A stretch of 64,000 nt of DNA, taken from the NCBI GenBank assembly GCA_040954595.2, contig CM082577.2, positions 5,568,301 to 5,632,300 on the forward strand, in the 5' to 3' direction. The position numbers were made by a program, and so were the translations under genes. Below, in pieces: positions 24,901 through 38,100 of the stretch (within the stretch, counting starts at the first letter, position 1; each line of letters begins with the position of its first letter). The DNA comes from Balanoglossus misakiensis. Taxonomy: Eukaryota > Animalia > Hemichordata. The notes below the pieces were generated by a model. It was not told the DNA's origin and did not search any database. It worked only from the letters and a program-made list of their open reading frames with translations.

Positions 24901-27900
24901 ACTGTTTGCATATGCCTAGCATCCCTGGAGTGAAATTACCATGATGTAATGAACGCCAAGTTTGGACAAAAACTGTTTCCATGGAGATCTACATAAACAG
25001 AAGACAATTCGCCATAAAAGACAAAACCAGATGATGATTTGCAGGTATAGCCTGTTCAATGGCATTGTAATCATGGGGTGAAGATTCCTTAACAATAAAC
25101 AGATCAATTTTAATGGAAATGTTTTTATAACATAGCTGAGATGATAGCTGAGATGTTTACTACTTGACTTGTTTCTAACACAAAAGAAATTTTGCCAACA
25201 ATCCCTTGAGATGATCTGCTTGTTTAGTTGGTTTTCCCAGAAGAAAGATTGTATTGTACTGGTGCTAATGATTATTGCAGACCTGAATGAGAGATTATAT
25301 TGCCCACAATTATTTTAATGAGCAAGGTCTCTTAAAAAACACACTGCCATTAAATGCTAAAATATATTTAAGCAATAAAACACCCCCAGCCATGGTATAC
25401 CACGAGATTTTGACCAGTTCACAACATATACGCACGAGCCATAGCGAGTGCGTATATGGAGTTGAACTGATCAAAATCGAGTGGTATACCATGGCTGGGG
25501 GTGTTTTATTGCTATTATATTATGCCGTTATATTGAAACTTTGCATAAAACATTTTAAAAAGGCATTTTCTTTGACTATGATATATGACTGTGGTATATG
25601 GCTAATATATCACGGTCACGTGTCGTGTCTCGACCAATCAAATAGCGTGATTTACACCATCAATATACTGGTATAATATAATGATTAATTAATAATCAGT
25701 TGTGATGTGATCTGAATAATTTTTTGAGACATGTTAAAATAATAAGAATCAGATCAAAACCTAAATTTTTTGTGTTTGAAAGTCCTGACAAAATTTGCAA
25801 GTGAAAATCCACTTCAAAACATTAGTATAGATCCTCATATAATGGAAGTTCAGGAACAAGAAGTTCTTGAAAATTTGCCAATGATTCAATAGATACTGGA
25901 CTGATACAGTAAAAGAGATCGATAACAATGAAACTTGTTCCATAACTTTTACAAATTACACATTACTAGCTGTCAAGTTGTTCCATAACTTTTTACGCAT
26001 TAATAGTGACAGCTTTATATCTGTGATAATGTATTGCTTCAAAGTCATCAGGGATTTTCCATTCTGTACAAGACCCACCCGAAGATGAGACACTTGTTGT
26101 AACATGTGTCATACTTCAAGATGTCTGCGGCCAAACCTTGTAGATCTCATTTCATTTTATGTATCTCTAGGGGGCTGGTGATACGAGATGAAAATGAGTG
26201 CAAATTGTCTGATTATAACTACACCCTGTTGCTATTTTTATAAAAAGCCTTTTTGAACACTGGCAAAAGAATGTACATCATTGTGTTAGACAAGCCATGC
26301 CTAACGTGGGCAAACATCTCGTTTCATTGGCACAGAAAAAAATTCAATACCCATAATATTTTATGAGGTTTCCGTGTGTATATTAAAAGGAAAACTGTAG
26401 AGCGCATTGACATTATGCAGTCTGTTGCCATAACAACCGTGTACAAATATACAAATATTGACATGTGACAGAACTTCCATTATTTACCATTGCATATTAT
26501 GCAATTAAACCTGACTTCTGTTTGCAGCATAGTAAATAAATTACTTCAATAATAATGGTAATATACAGATAAATAATATTATATTTGTTTGTTTGTTTGA
26601 GTGCATGTGTATATGTGCATGTGATATGAAATAAAAGGCCAGTGACTCTGCAGAAAACCTGCTCACAACAGAACAATTTTATTTAGTACAATGCACTTAC
26701 ACTCAGTACATGAGGGACAATTCTCCACAAATCCATCAACCCTGTATTCCCTGTGGATGCTGTAGCAATTGCATATTTTCTCACAGCGGCTGTGTCACGT
26801 ACCGATGTTAAATCAGCGTAGGCCTAATCTAATTATGACATTTTACATTTCAATTCTAAATGCGCATATGTTTTATTATGTGTAACTCAGAGGTTTTAAA
26901 AAATGTTAAAGAATTCATACAAATTTTTAAAAAAATCAGACGTGCATAAAGGAATTGTTGTAACATCCACTGTAAATTACAACAACCCACGTGAGGTAAT
27001 CTGTTGAAATGTTCATTTCCTGGCAAACGGATGGAGAGTATTTCCAGATGTATATTTTGTAACCCGGAGTCAAATCGCCCTAAATTTATAACCATTTGCT
27101 CTCTCGTATATCAACCACAGCCTTAAATGTAACAAATGTAAATTTTCAAGATAATCATTTGGTGACATGGCAGTTTGACATTGGGAAGAATTTCAGTGCG
27201 CCGGCATTGAATTGAATGTTTACATGCTGCCTAGCAACCATTGAAAAAGAAGTCAGTCGTCTCAGTGGGATGCAAATATAGCGTTGAGTACATTATGACT
27301 GTTAATTTTACGTGTGTCTTTTTCACCTGTGTTGGTCTCGGTCATGTGACTAATGCTTTCATGGTTAATTAACTATCAGTAATTACTATGGTATTTAAAG
27401 CTACACCATCATACTTGATGATTAAATTTCTTTGCCATATTCTTTCTCATTGATAGCATGTTACTATGTTTCATGTAGGAAAAAATGCATGCTAAAAGCA
27501 TATTACGTGTCATTGGCAGTTAACTGTCATGTTACGGTAAAAGCATCTGTAGTATGCAGGTATTGTAAGCAGCTACGTGTTTAGAATGTGAGCCCATTCC
27601 AACATATCTTTAGAAAAAAATTATTATCACAAAATTGTCTCTAATGACTTTCCGCATAATATTGATGAATATTTTAATTACAATCCCCTATCTGAAAAAA
27701 ATCTACGCATGTAGCGAACTTCTCCGTTATTTCCATGGCAACGCATTGATTGCACCTTGTGTAAACATACCATGGGAAATTGGATTGATTTGAACCATCA
27801 GTGTCAGGAAATTTCGTACTCTTGGTTTCCATGGCAACAAAGATCAAGCGAGAAGGCGATCAATGGGAAAGAGTTGTAGTTGAAAATTGGAAGTGATTTT

Positions 27901-30900
27901 TTGACTTCACTCACAATTTAGAATGTAATGAATTTGGCAGGAGATGAGATGTACAGCGTACCGATATTTGATGCGAGGTATTAATCATTTCAGTCGTAGA
28001 TTTGTATGCAAAAGAGCACCAGAGATTCATTCATATGTTTTCCATGTAATATTGATATTTCAACTGGCCGTATCCTTTACCGGTAGTAGGAATTGCTCAC
28101 AAGGCAGTGTATGGTTTTGTAATTTATTATTTTTTATGATGAATCAGGGTAGTGTCATGGCAGCGTACAAATCATTGGGATGAGGTTCTGTGAGGTATTA
28201 GCCAACTGATGCGTGTGAGCACTCAGCAAACAGCTCGATCAGTGTGGCACTGAAATTCTGCCGCTTCACTGATTGATACCAACTGGTGTATGTAATGTAT
28301 TGTACCTGTTGCATGTGTTGCCCATACTGATGAATTTTCAGAAGAAAAAATCCCACAAAAATCCCAGTAGAGAATAAACCATCTGTTCTAGTTTTCAATA
28401 CTAGGTGACATGATCCAATATATTCTCAAGTCTTAGACAGAAGGCAGGCACATATATCAATGGCAGCTACCAGTATTACCTAAACAAACCTGTAAAATAG
28501 TTGACATTTACTGCTGATGTTTTTATTTGATTCTCAGCCTACTCATAGCAACCAGTAAGATGTTGTTTGAACATCCACTTGAACTGGCATGGCCCAGATA
28601 TTGATCGTGAACTTTAAACTTGATCATTGTACACTATCTGTGATACACTTCACTGGGGTGCTTGCTCATTTGAGTCTGAGTGTGTGAGGCTGTAAATGGA
28701 CTGTGAGGGCGCTTCTGTGGTAACGTTTGTTTCCTTACTGCCTGACAAAACTAAAACTGTATGAGTTTGACTATCATAACTTGTTCTGCTGCTCTCAGAT
28801 CTATGGAAAGTGTACTGTAGATTCAAAAGTTTTCTGAACTTTTTTTTGAAAAACAAACCTTGAACTGGCCAGTGGTATGATAATGCCTTTTGTGTTGACA
28901 AATACTGGAGAAGTTCATTCTTTAAGTGCAAAATGGATGAAGGCTAACCATTGACAATTGTTGCTGTGGTCTGCAGAATGCTCGCTCTGACATTGTGCTC
29001 TCACTCAGGTTTCACAATGTGTTTGTCACTGATTCATACCAGTGAATAATGCCAGCAGACACACAAAGATAATAGTGATACCACCCTTTTTTTCCCTTTC
29101 ATCTTTTTTCATCATTCAGTCCAAGAAGTAGGTCACTGTCTGTGTGGTTTGTCCTCAGTTGAACTTGACAGACCCTCTCAGTCTAAACAGAACCCGTTTG
29201 CAATCTCACATCACTGGGCACTATGATCCATGCAACAAAATAACTGCAATACGTTGTTCCTATTAGAACACAAACTGACTGTTCTGAATAGGATGTGTGT
29301 TTTTCACACCTTCTCTCATTTAAAGCAAATTGCCTCATTGTCCCTAGTTGCAGTAAACACTGCACTGACAAATCGTCTTAGTAACAGGCATGCCATAACA
29401 ACACAACTGCAGTCTGTGAATCACATTTCTTGCTGTTTAAAATTCCGTTATTTCAGATGACCTCTGCAGTGAAGACACCAAGTCCCTGGCCAGCTCTGTC
29501 TATTCCTTCGACTCCGAGGACCACCCACAGTGCAATCTGCTGAAACTGGCCCGTTCCGAGTACACCACCCCGGTCACCAACCCCTTCACCGGCGACGACC
29601 TGGCCAGCGACCATGAGTACGTGGAAGACGACGACGACAACTACTCCGAGACCTTCCACTCGGAGGGCGACGACGGGCGCTCGGACCTCTCCTCCATCGA
29701 CCCCACCTGCCTGGTGATACCCACCACGCCGCGGGCCGTGGCCGGGGTCATGCGCCACCGGGACTTCATCCGGGACCTGCCGGTGCACCTGGCCAAGTAC
29801 GTCCTCAGCTTCCTGGACCAGCCCAACCTGTACAACATGCTGTGCGTCAGCAAGCACTGGCGGATGATCGTGGAGGAAGTGCACCGAGACAGGAACATCA
29901 ACCAGGCCATCTGGGAAGAGGTCATGTTGATGCAGGTTGGTATGATATGATGAACGTAGTAAAACGTCACTGTCCAATCGCTCTACTCAGCTCAGTAAAA
30001 ACCAAGTATATTATTATCGCAAGCCTTCAGTCCTTCTTAGGCACAGCCTTTCTCTCCAATGTATAATTAAATGTAATTACAATCACTTGATGGTAACAGT
30101 AACTTATCAGTCTCTAGATCTTAAATTTAGACTACCGTATACAGTCAATCTTTTGTAGTTCATTCTTGATGGCATTATATTGTCCTCTATAGTCACAGCC
30201 TTTCTATCTTATAAATACAGATAAATACAGATCTAGTGATAATTTAGAAGAGAAAATGGTAGTTGAGAATAGATTCAATGTAACTATAGCTGAAAACAGA
30301 ATATGATACATATTTTTAGACAATGCACTGCACTAACAAATAAGACAATAATGAATAACCAATATATTGCAAAGTGGCCTCATGGAATTTTGAAGCTGAT
30401 ACCAGAATATGAAATAGATGATAGCCCTCACCCCTATTTCTCTGTATATTGGTTCAGCCTCAGTGTTGACAATAGTAGTTTGGAATACAAGTTTCATCCG
30501 AATATAAATAGCTGTTGAGGGCGCTGTTAGCACAGGTATTAGGAGTTTAAATATAGAAACTTAAAAATTCAGCTATTGTCTGCAAGTTAAGTCGGGAGAT
30601 TTAGGGTTTGTTTGAACAGGCAATTCAGGAATGACGGGGACTTTGCGGTGATCGTACTCTACAGTCCACCAGCTGTTTCTAAGTCCAGGACAACCATCAT
30701 CCTTCTATATTATACGTAAATGTAGAAATTTATTCTCTGGCTGAAATATCAGAGTTTCGTGGGCTGTGTTTTCATGATGATTCCAGAGCTTAATAGTGTC
30801 CGAAATCCAGGGTTGGTATGTCGGAAGAATTCCGGGAATATCAAGAAAGTAACTTTCAAGGATACGCGGACGGAACCTAAGGATGATTTCATCCACAGTT

Positions 30901-32073
30901 TAGGTCTGATGGAACTGATTTTCGTAAGTGTGCATACAAGGACTGAAGGCTTGGCTGTGTTTGAATTGTGTTTTTTTGTGCTGAGTATTGCGTGTGATGT
31001 GAATGATTATGACTCAACAGGTCAGGAGTATCCTTGTTCAAAAATCACCAAAGACCACCCATTTCATGTAAATCGTGCTGGCATGCTTTTATTTATTTAT
31101 TTATTTATTTATTTGTTTATTTTGATGTCAAATACAATTTTGCTTAGGCACAAGAGCTATACATGCTGCAATTAATAATCAAAAGATTCAGTGTTGAGCA
31201 CACATTCACTTTCAATACCGAGCAACTATAAACAAAAAATTGTTATTTGGAGAGAGTGTGGCGATTTCTGTTTTAGAAATATTCACAGAATCACATAAAT
31301 TGTAATTTCAGTTCATATCTGAATCTAAACTAGTGCTTGCATCGCTAGCACAGCTTAGAGGGTTTTGCACATAATATCAGGTGTAGTTTACACGTGTGAA
31401 AAAATGGTCTCCACAACAAATTTACTTTAGAGATGAAAATCAAAGCATTCTGTTGTCACCTTATAATTTTTGAAAACACACAATTGCTTATGCACTGGTG
31501 CGAGCAACTACACCTAAGTGAATGCTGCATCATGGGAAGGCATGGATTTAATACAGCAGCTTTGATGTGTTAATGTTCCTGCAGTGTGGTGTATATGCAC
31601 GTTAAAAATCTTATCATCCTGTGTAATTTTCTGTAACAACCCTACCTCTGTTTCTTTAACCTTTTAACATTTTCTAGCTCATTCATAATGTCGGTGTTGT
31701 AAGTAACACAGCATTTTCTTCAATGTGGCCTTTGCTTTGCTCTTGTCGAAACTGAATTCACAATTTTTCTGAACGTAGTTTTGAGCAGTCAGTGTACACA
31801 AGTGGACTGGAAATTTTGAAATAACGTTTGTGTAAAGACAAAAGCAAAGCATAATGGCACACTAAACATTTATCAATGATCTCCAGACAGCACATATATT
31901 GCATCCACTATCCTCTTCTACATCCTTGCGTCATTCACTCTGTGTCGTATCCAAACCTATTCCTGTTCTCTCTGTTGAGTTTTAATCTGTATTATACTAC
32001 TTTGTTATATCTTATCAATCCTAAACATTAGCATGGAAATAACACATCTACGCATTGATAATATTGGTACCTG

Positions 32074-32142
<69 letters not shown>

Positions 32143-35100
32143 GGCAGACAATTTCATTGTATACATTGGTGCATTCTGTACATATGTACATACATACCGG
32201 TACATACACACACACATGTTTGTGGGTATGTAATCTCCATATACTGTATCACACTTGCACAACTGTATATTGATGTGTTCTATAACAAACTAACAGAAAG
32301 TTCAGACTGGCAGACAGATAATGTAAAAATAATATGCATGCATGCATGAGACAGGTTTCATATGCATTTTTGGTATGAAAAACCTTTATTAATCATACAA
32401 TGCACAGATCGTTGATCATACATTATTAACTGTTCTTGTTGATGAAATACATCTTTTCCAATGAGGGATTCAAACATCATTGAGATTAGCCGTTCTTGAG
32501 ATACTATGCAAGCACACTGTCAGTCAGACTGCAGTATGACACTTGAGTTCTTATGTGTGAAGATATTCTGTTATAGTTCCCTTTGAACTGAAAGATTGTG
32601 TTCCTTCCGGAATATTAAGACAACTTCATACCGGTCATTCGTGTGAGCTATCCTGGTTGCTGGGTATTTCCAGAATGCATGAATTCCATTGGATCAGGAC
32701 AGCCTACCAGGGTGGGAAGCCTGTGAATTAAACCTAATATTTTGATTAAATTGTCAACTGGAGTCAATTGTCGCCAGGCAACCTATTTGTCACATGATCT
32801 ATCCAGGTTCAGGGAACAATAATGCGCCGTAGCTATTGTCATAGCAGCATATTAAAATTGCAGTATTTGATACAAAGGGCCGTGCATACAGGATGAGTAT
32901 TTCTTGACGAAACGAGTTTTGATCAAAATAAAGGGCAGTTGGATCTGAGCGGCGGTGATGTCTCGTCACGGGTGTGGGACCCGTCCGAAGCTCTCTGTTC
33001 AGTTGTTAGCCACGGCTGTGGTGAGCATCAAGGTAGGAGGTCGATCGCGCTGTGGTTTGACCCCTTTGAAGTTAAAGTTCAAATGAGATCAGTTGGGATT
33101 TAGGCTGAAAGCTGTGGGTTTAAAGCAACTTAGGAATCCACCCCTGTTTGACAGGTGCCTCAAGAGTTATACTCAGATATGTTTCATTCTACGGTTCACA
33201 TTTTTTTCTGGACTAGAAATGGTCTAGAAATATGCTTGCAGTGTTTGTACTGTTTTATACACATTTTCGTAGGGTGCGTCGGCCCACGGCTGTAACCCAG
33301 TGTACGCCAAGAAGATAGAGGTGGCTGTTCCGGTGCTGGAGAGCGAAGACTCCTGGGAAATTGCCGAAAAGGAAGACGAGGAGACGGAGGAAGTGCATTT
33401 CAAGAGCGAGATCACTTTGGAGCAATCATACCGCGGCATACAGACCAAAGAAGTCACCATTGAAGAACGCAATGTGTACTGTGGAACTTACAATGTGATG
33501 GTTCTCTCCGATCAGTAAGTTTTTTTGCTCTGTTAATTTCATGCTTAAAGTTGGCAATGGCAAACACACATCTGTTTATCCTGGCGGCAATTTTAGCTTA
33601 ATGTCTCATCACATCAGTTAAAATCATCATATTTTTTATCAATAATTTATTTATGTTGGTCCATATGTCGATTTGAGCCGTTGCCATAATCAAGACAGTG
33701 TTACCCTGTAGAGATGGTGTTCAACATGACAGTTTGAGCATGCATACATTTTGTACAGCACATCAACAGACATGGAAATGATAGTTTTGTAGAACTTCAA
33801 GTCAGGGATGCAAATACGGAGACAAGGAGACGTAAACACACATACCCTACATTTTACATACTGTAAACGAATGTTGGTAAACACACACACACATGCACTC
33901 ACATGCACACATCTAACCCTACATAAAGTTACAATAAAACAGCAATTTATATCATTCAGAATTTATCACAGCCTAATTTTAATATCATTCCATTTAAATC
34001 CCTGCATGCCGGTTCAATTAACCAACATTTCTCCCCAAAACAGCAAACCCAGGCCTTTCCTTAAAAAGCAACCCCGCATGTACATCCATCACCCAGTGTA
34101 TTCCTGATCCGTAATCTTTCCTTTCCCCTATGCTTTGCTTCCACACCATCCAGCCGGCAGTACTATAGTGGATTAGACTTTATGAGGCGGTAAGGCACTG
34201 CTGTGGGTAGTGGCACTGTTTACTGCACCAAAATATAGAATGTAGCCTTGTATGTCTACTAACCAATGGCATGAGTTTTGCAGATGTTTATGCTGTTTTG
34301 TTTATTTTAATTTACTAACAAATATATGCATATATTACACAGCATTTTGGCGCACAGTTTTCACTTTTAGCTTTTAGTTGATTGATTCCTCTCTTCCAGC
34401 CTTTTCTGTAGAAATTAAAAGGCCACTGTCTGTGACTTCTGGCTATTTTTCCCCCAGTTTGTTTTGTTTTGTTTACAGCTTGAAGTTTGTGTTCTGTTTA
34501 TACCTGTGTCTTGTGTGTGGTTTCTGTGGGTTGAATTTATGATCGTAGCTGCATGGGTGGGTTAGTGGTTGGGTTGGTGATTACCGGTAGGTTAATAGAT
34601 CGGTGGGTTGGATTAGGTAGAATGAAAATATTTGATGGGATAGTAGGGTCATAATGTGCATGGATTGTGAACTTTGAACTTTGATGTACAGTAGTGTGGT
34701 GGGATGGGGATACTGGGTTTTGAGCCACTAGTGTGGAATGGGTTGTCTATAGTTGAAGTTGTTAGAACGGAACGGATTGTGTGGAGTTGGATTATATTTG
34801 ATTTGATTGTTTGATACCGGTATATTAGATAAGTAGAGGGTTTAAAATGAACAGAATGGATGGGGTTGGATGAGGTTTAGGGTACATTCAAAATGGGGTA
34901 CAGGTAATTAGTGACCTTAATTAAAGTCAGGTTTTATCACCTTCTACAGAACACATTTCTTACTAATTCTGTACTTTTCCTTCATCAGAGATGACTACGG
35001 CCGAGTGGTGCACTACAACTACGGCCGACTGGTGGCGCTGGGCTCAGCAGACCGTAAAGTGCGCCTGGTTGATGTGATCACCAGTAAAGACGTGGGACCG

Positions 35101-38100
35101 GTGATCACTGGACACGCTGGCTCCGTGCGATGTGTCTTCATTGATGAGGACAGGAACTTTGTGCTGAGTGGAAGTTACGATACCAGTATTCGGTAAGAGT
35201 GATGGGAATACGTTCAGATTTTTTATCGCTTTTGGACCAGATCATTGTGTTGAGAAGGTTAAAGTCACATTTGAAGGGGGTATGAAAGTAATGGTTAATC
35301 TTGAGATAACTACTCTCATAACAATCCACTCCACCATTTTTCTTATATGACATTTAATTAACTCTTGACCTCATATTCACATTTCAGATGCTGGGATTTA
35401 GATACGGGTCACTGCTTGAAGATATTCCGTGGTCATCGTAACACAGTGATGTGTTTAGATATGTCGGGCGATCGAATTGTATCGGGCGGGAAAGACAATG
35501 CTGTCAAAGGTAAGCTGGGACTGGCTATACAAATCTTTCACACTATATCAATATAAAAGACAGAATTAAACTTTCCTGAAGTATGCATGTAAATATAATA
35601 ATCATAAAAGATTATTTATAATAATTCTTTTCTTTATGAGGTATTGTGTGTTTTGAAAGTCTGCCATGGCCTCGTGATAATGGAGACATCAGACTTTTTT
35701 TCATCACATACCGATGCTGTATTGTACTGTATTGCATTTCAGTATGGAATTACCTCAGTGGCAAGTGTCAACGTACGTTCAAGCACAAGAATCAGATTTT
35801 GGCTGTGGTCATCAAAAACGACAGAGTGGTCAGTGGATGCGAGGGAGGCAAGGTCAAAGTGTGGGATATCCCGTCGGCTACTCTCATCAAGGTGAGATAA
35901 TAATCCTCAATGCTTGCAGTGTATGTGTGCCTGTGTGAATTAACCATGGCTAATTCACACCTCAATAACTCATAGGTTGACTGAGTCCCACTGTGGTCAA
36001 ATTCCTCAATAGGGCAAAGTCACACCCTAACACTTCCTGCAATGTTGATTCATTCTATTGGGCGAGTGGACTGGCTGTTACTATGACAATGAATTGTTTT
36101 GCTGTTTTTACTTCTAAATAATTGTTGGTGTTTCTTTCAGAAACTTGATGGTCACCATGGTCCAGTGACCAGTGTGAAGATGGACGAATGGCACATAGTG
36201 ACTGCGAGTAAGGACTGCTATGCCTTGACTTGGAGTAATATTGGAAATCATAAAAAATGTCTGACTGCACTCAGACACCCCAAGTAAGTAGGCATGAATA
36301 ACTGCTCTCAGACCTCCCCTACTAAGTTAAGTGGGCCTATTAGGCACCCTAAGTGGGTGTGGGTGACTGCTCTCAGACACCCCAAGTGGATGTGGGTAAC
36401 TGCTCTCAGACACCCCAAGTGAGTGGGCTGTTGCATTTGGACAGCCTAAAGGAGTGTGTATAAACTGCTGTAGTCAGACACCCATAATAAATGCACAAGG
36501 ATAATTCAGGCCAATTAGCAGTCAGAGCTGTGCTACTTCTTATGGCAACTCAAAGAGCTTAAAATGCAACTCATCTTTACTTTTTTGTCGCAGGGAAGTG
36601 CTGTGCATTGAGATGTCGTACCTGCGTTTGATCACTGGATGTGCCGACGGCAAATTGCGGATCTGGCACTGCTTGAAGGGAGAGTGTCTGCGGGTGATGA
36701 GGGGAAATAGTCGATCGGATCCTGTGGACACCATTCAGTGTTGTGGGGACAGGTGAGTAGTACTAACATATCACATCTGTGTCATGAAATGTCAGTGTTT
36801 GGATCTGTCGTTCATTTCTCTTGTGGGGATACATCTTTAGAGCAGTGAACCAGACACCTTTTTTTACCACTGTGCAACATTACATCAGCCATCAGATGAT
36901 CATTGCAGGATCATGTACAACCCCACCAAAAAACACCCCATCTAAACAACACATCACTATTGGTAACATAGTCAAATGTAGAGTAATACATCAGAATGGT
37001 TAATTATCATAATTGTCATATTGGAAAGATGTTTCTGTGTCTTATTTCACCCAAAATGAAAAGTTGCTGGTTCCAGTCCTGAAATAAATTTTTGTCCCCA
37101 GTTTCATTCTGTACATTGACTTGCCATTGAAATGACTGTTTCATCTCCCGAAATAACCGGCAAAATTATTATTTTTTATCTCGACACAGAATGTTACTGA
37201 ACACCGTCAATACTCTGCTGGTGTTCAACTTCGAGCCTGTGGACTGGGACTACACCCTCGACAGCGAGAAGATAGAAATACTGACGTACACCAACAACTA
37301 CTCGGACGCCCCGCTTCGACAGCATAATTATTCGTATGTCCGGGCCAACCGCATGGAACGCACGGGGGCCGCCAACCCCAAAATCATCCACCACTCCAAA
37401 AACGAGCCGGCGCCCAGCTCCTTGGTGTACCTCAAGTACGCGCAGATGCCGCACAGCACCCGGGGGCTCAGCGCCAAGACGATGAGGCGGGCGGCTTTCA
37501 TACAGAAGACCATGAAAGACGTGGAGTTGACGAACAGTCTGAAGGGGAGCGTCTACCACAACGTTCAGGGGCATCGCCCCACCACGGCCGACACGGTGTG
37601 GACTAACGTTTCGACCGGCGCCCCCGCTTCAGCAATGACGAAATCCGGCGCCTTGTTGCGACCGGAGACCGCCGAGACGAGGGTCACGACTCTGACGGGG
37701 AGGCCCAAGTCGAACACGGAGAGCGTCGTTTCCAGGCCCGTGACGTCCTTCTCGACGCAGAGCGGGAAACACGGCAAGAAGTCGGTAACGCTTCCCGAGA
37801 GGGGTCACAGCGCTCCGGCCAAAATGCACAGTCTTCACTGGGGAGGGCAGTCAGACTTTGACCGAGACGAAACACTGTCCGTGTTGGAAGCGCGAGCCCT
37901 GCACAGGTCGTACATGCGGACTAAAGACCGAGCCACGCCCAGGGACAAACTGCTGCTCGTACACAACGCCATCGAAACCTCGAAGAACACCACCAACGAG
38001 GTGGTCCGCAATACAACGGCAAACAGTCAAGATATCGAGTACGTCGTCGAGAAACAGACGGAGAAGAAAAGAGTACACGTGACCACCGGCGACGAGGCGT

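Noticed and set aside
24916-25045. Possible cassette exon in FBXW10 intron 1 (tag...GCAG|gtatag)
   Set aside because: All three frames from the candidate acceptor hit stop codons.
32005-32273. ORFs with TDRQ / CLSV repeats, and likewise HYTTL repeats at 61187-61390
   Set aside because: They are translated microsatellites.
32643-32716. Possible pre-miRNA-like hairpin (ATCCTGGTTGCTG...CAGCCTACCAGGGT)
   Set aside because: Pairing is interrupted and no known miRNA seed was recognised; it cannot be supported without folding or small-RNA data.
36262-36425. Repeat-spacer-like pattern resembling a CRISPR array
   Set aside because: It lies in a eukaryotic intron, the units are degenerate tandem copies without unique spacers, and there are no cas genes.
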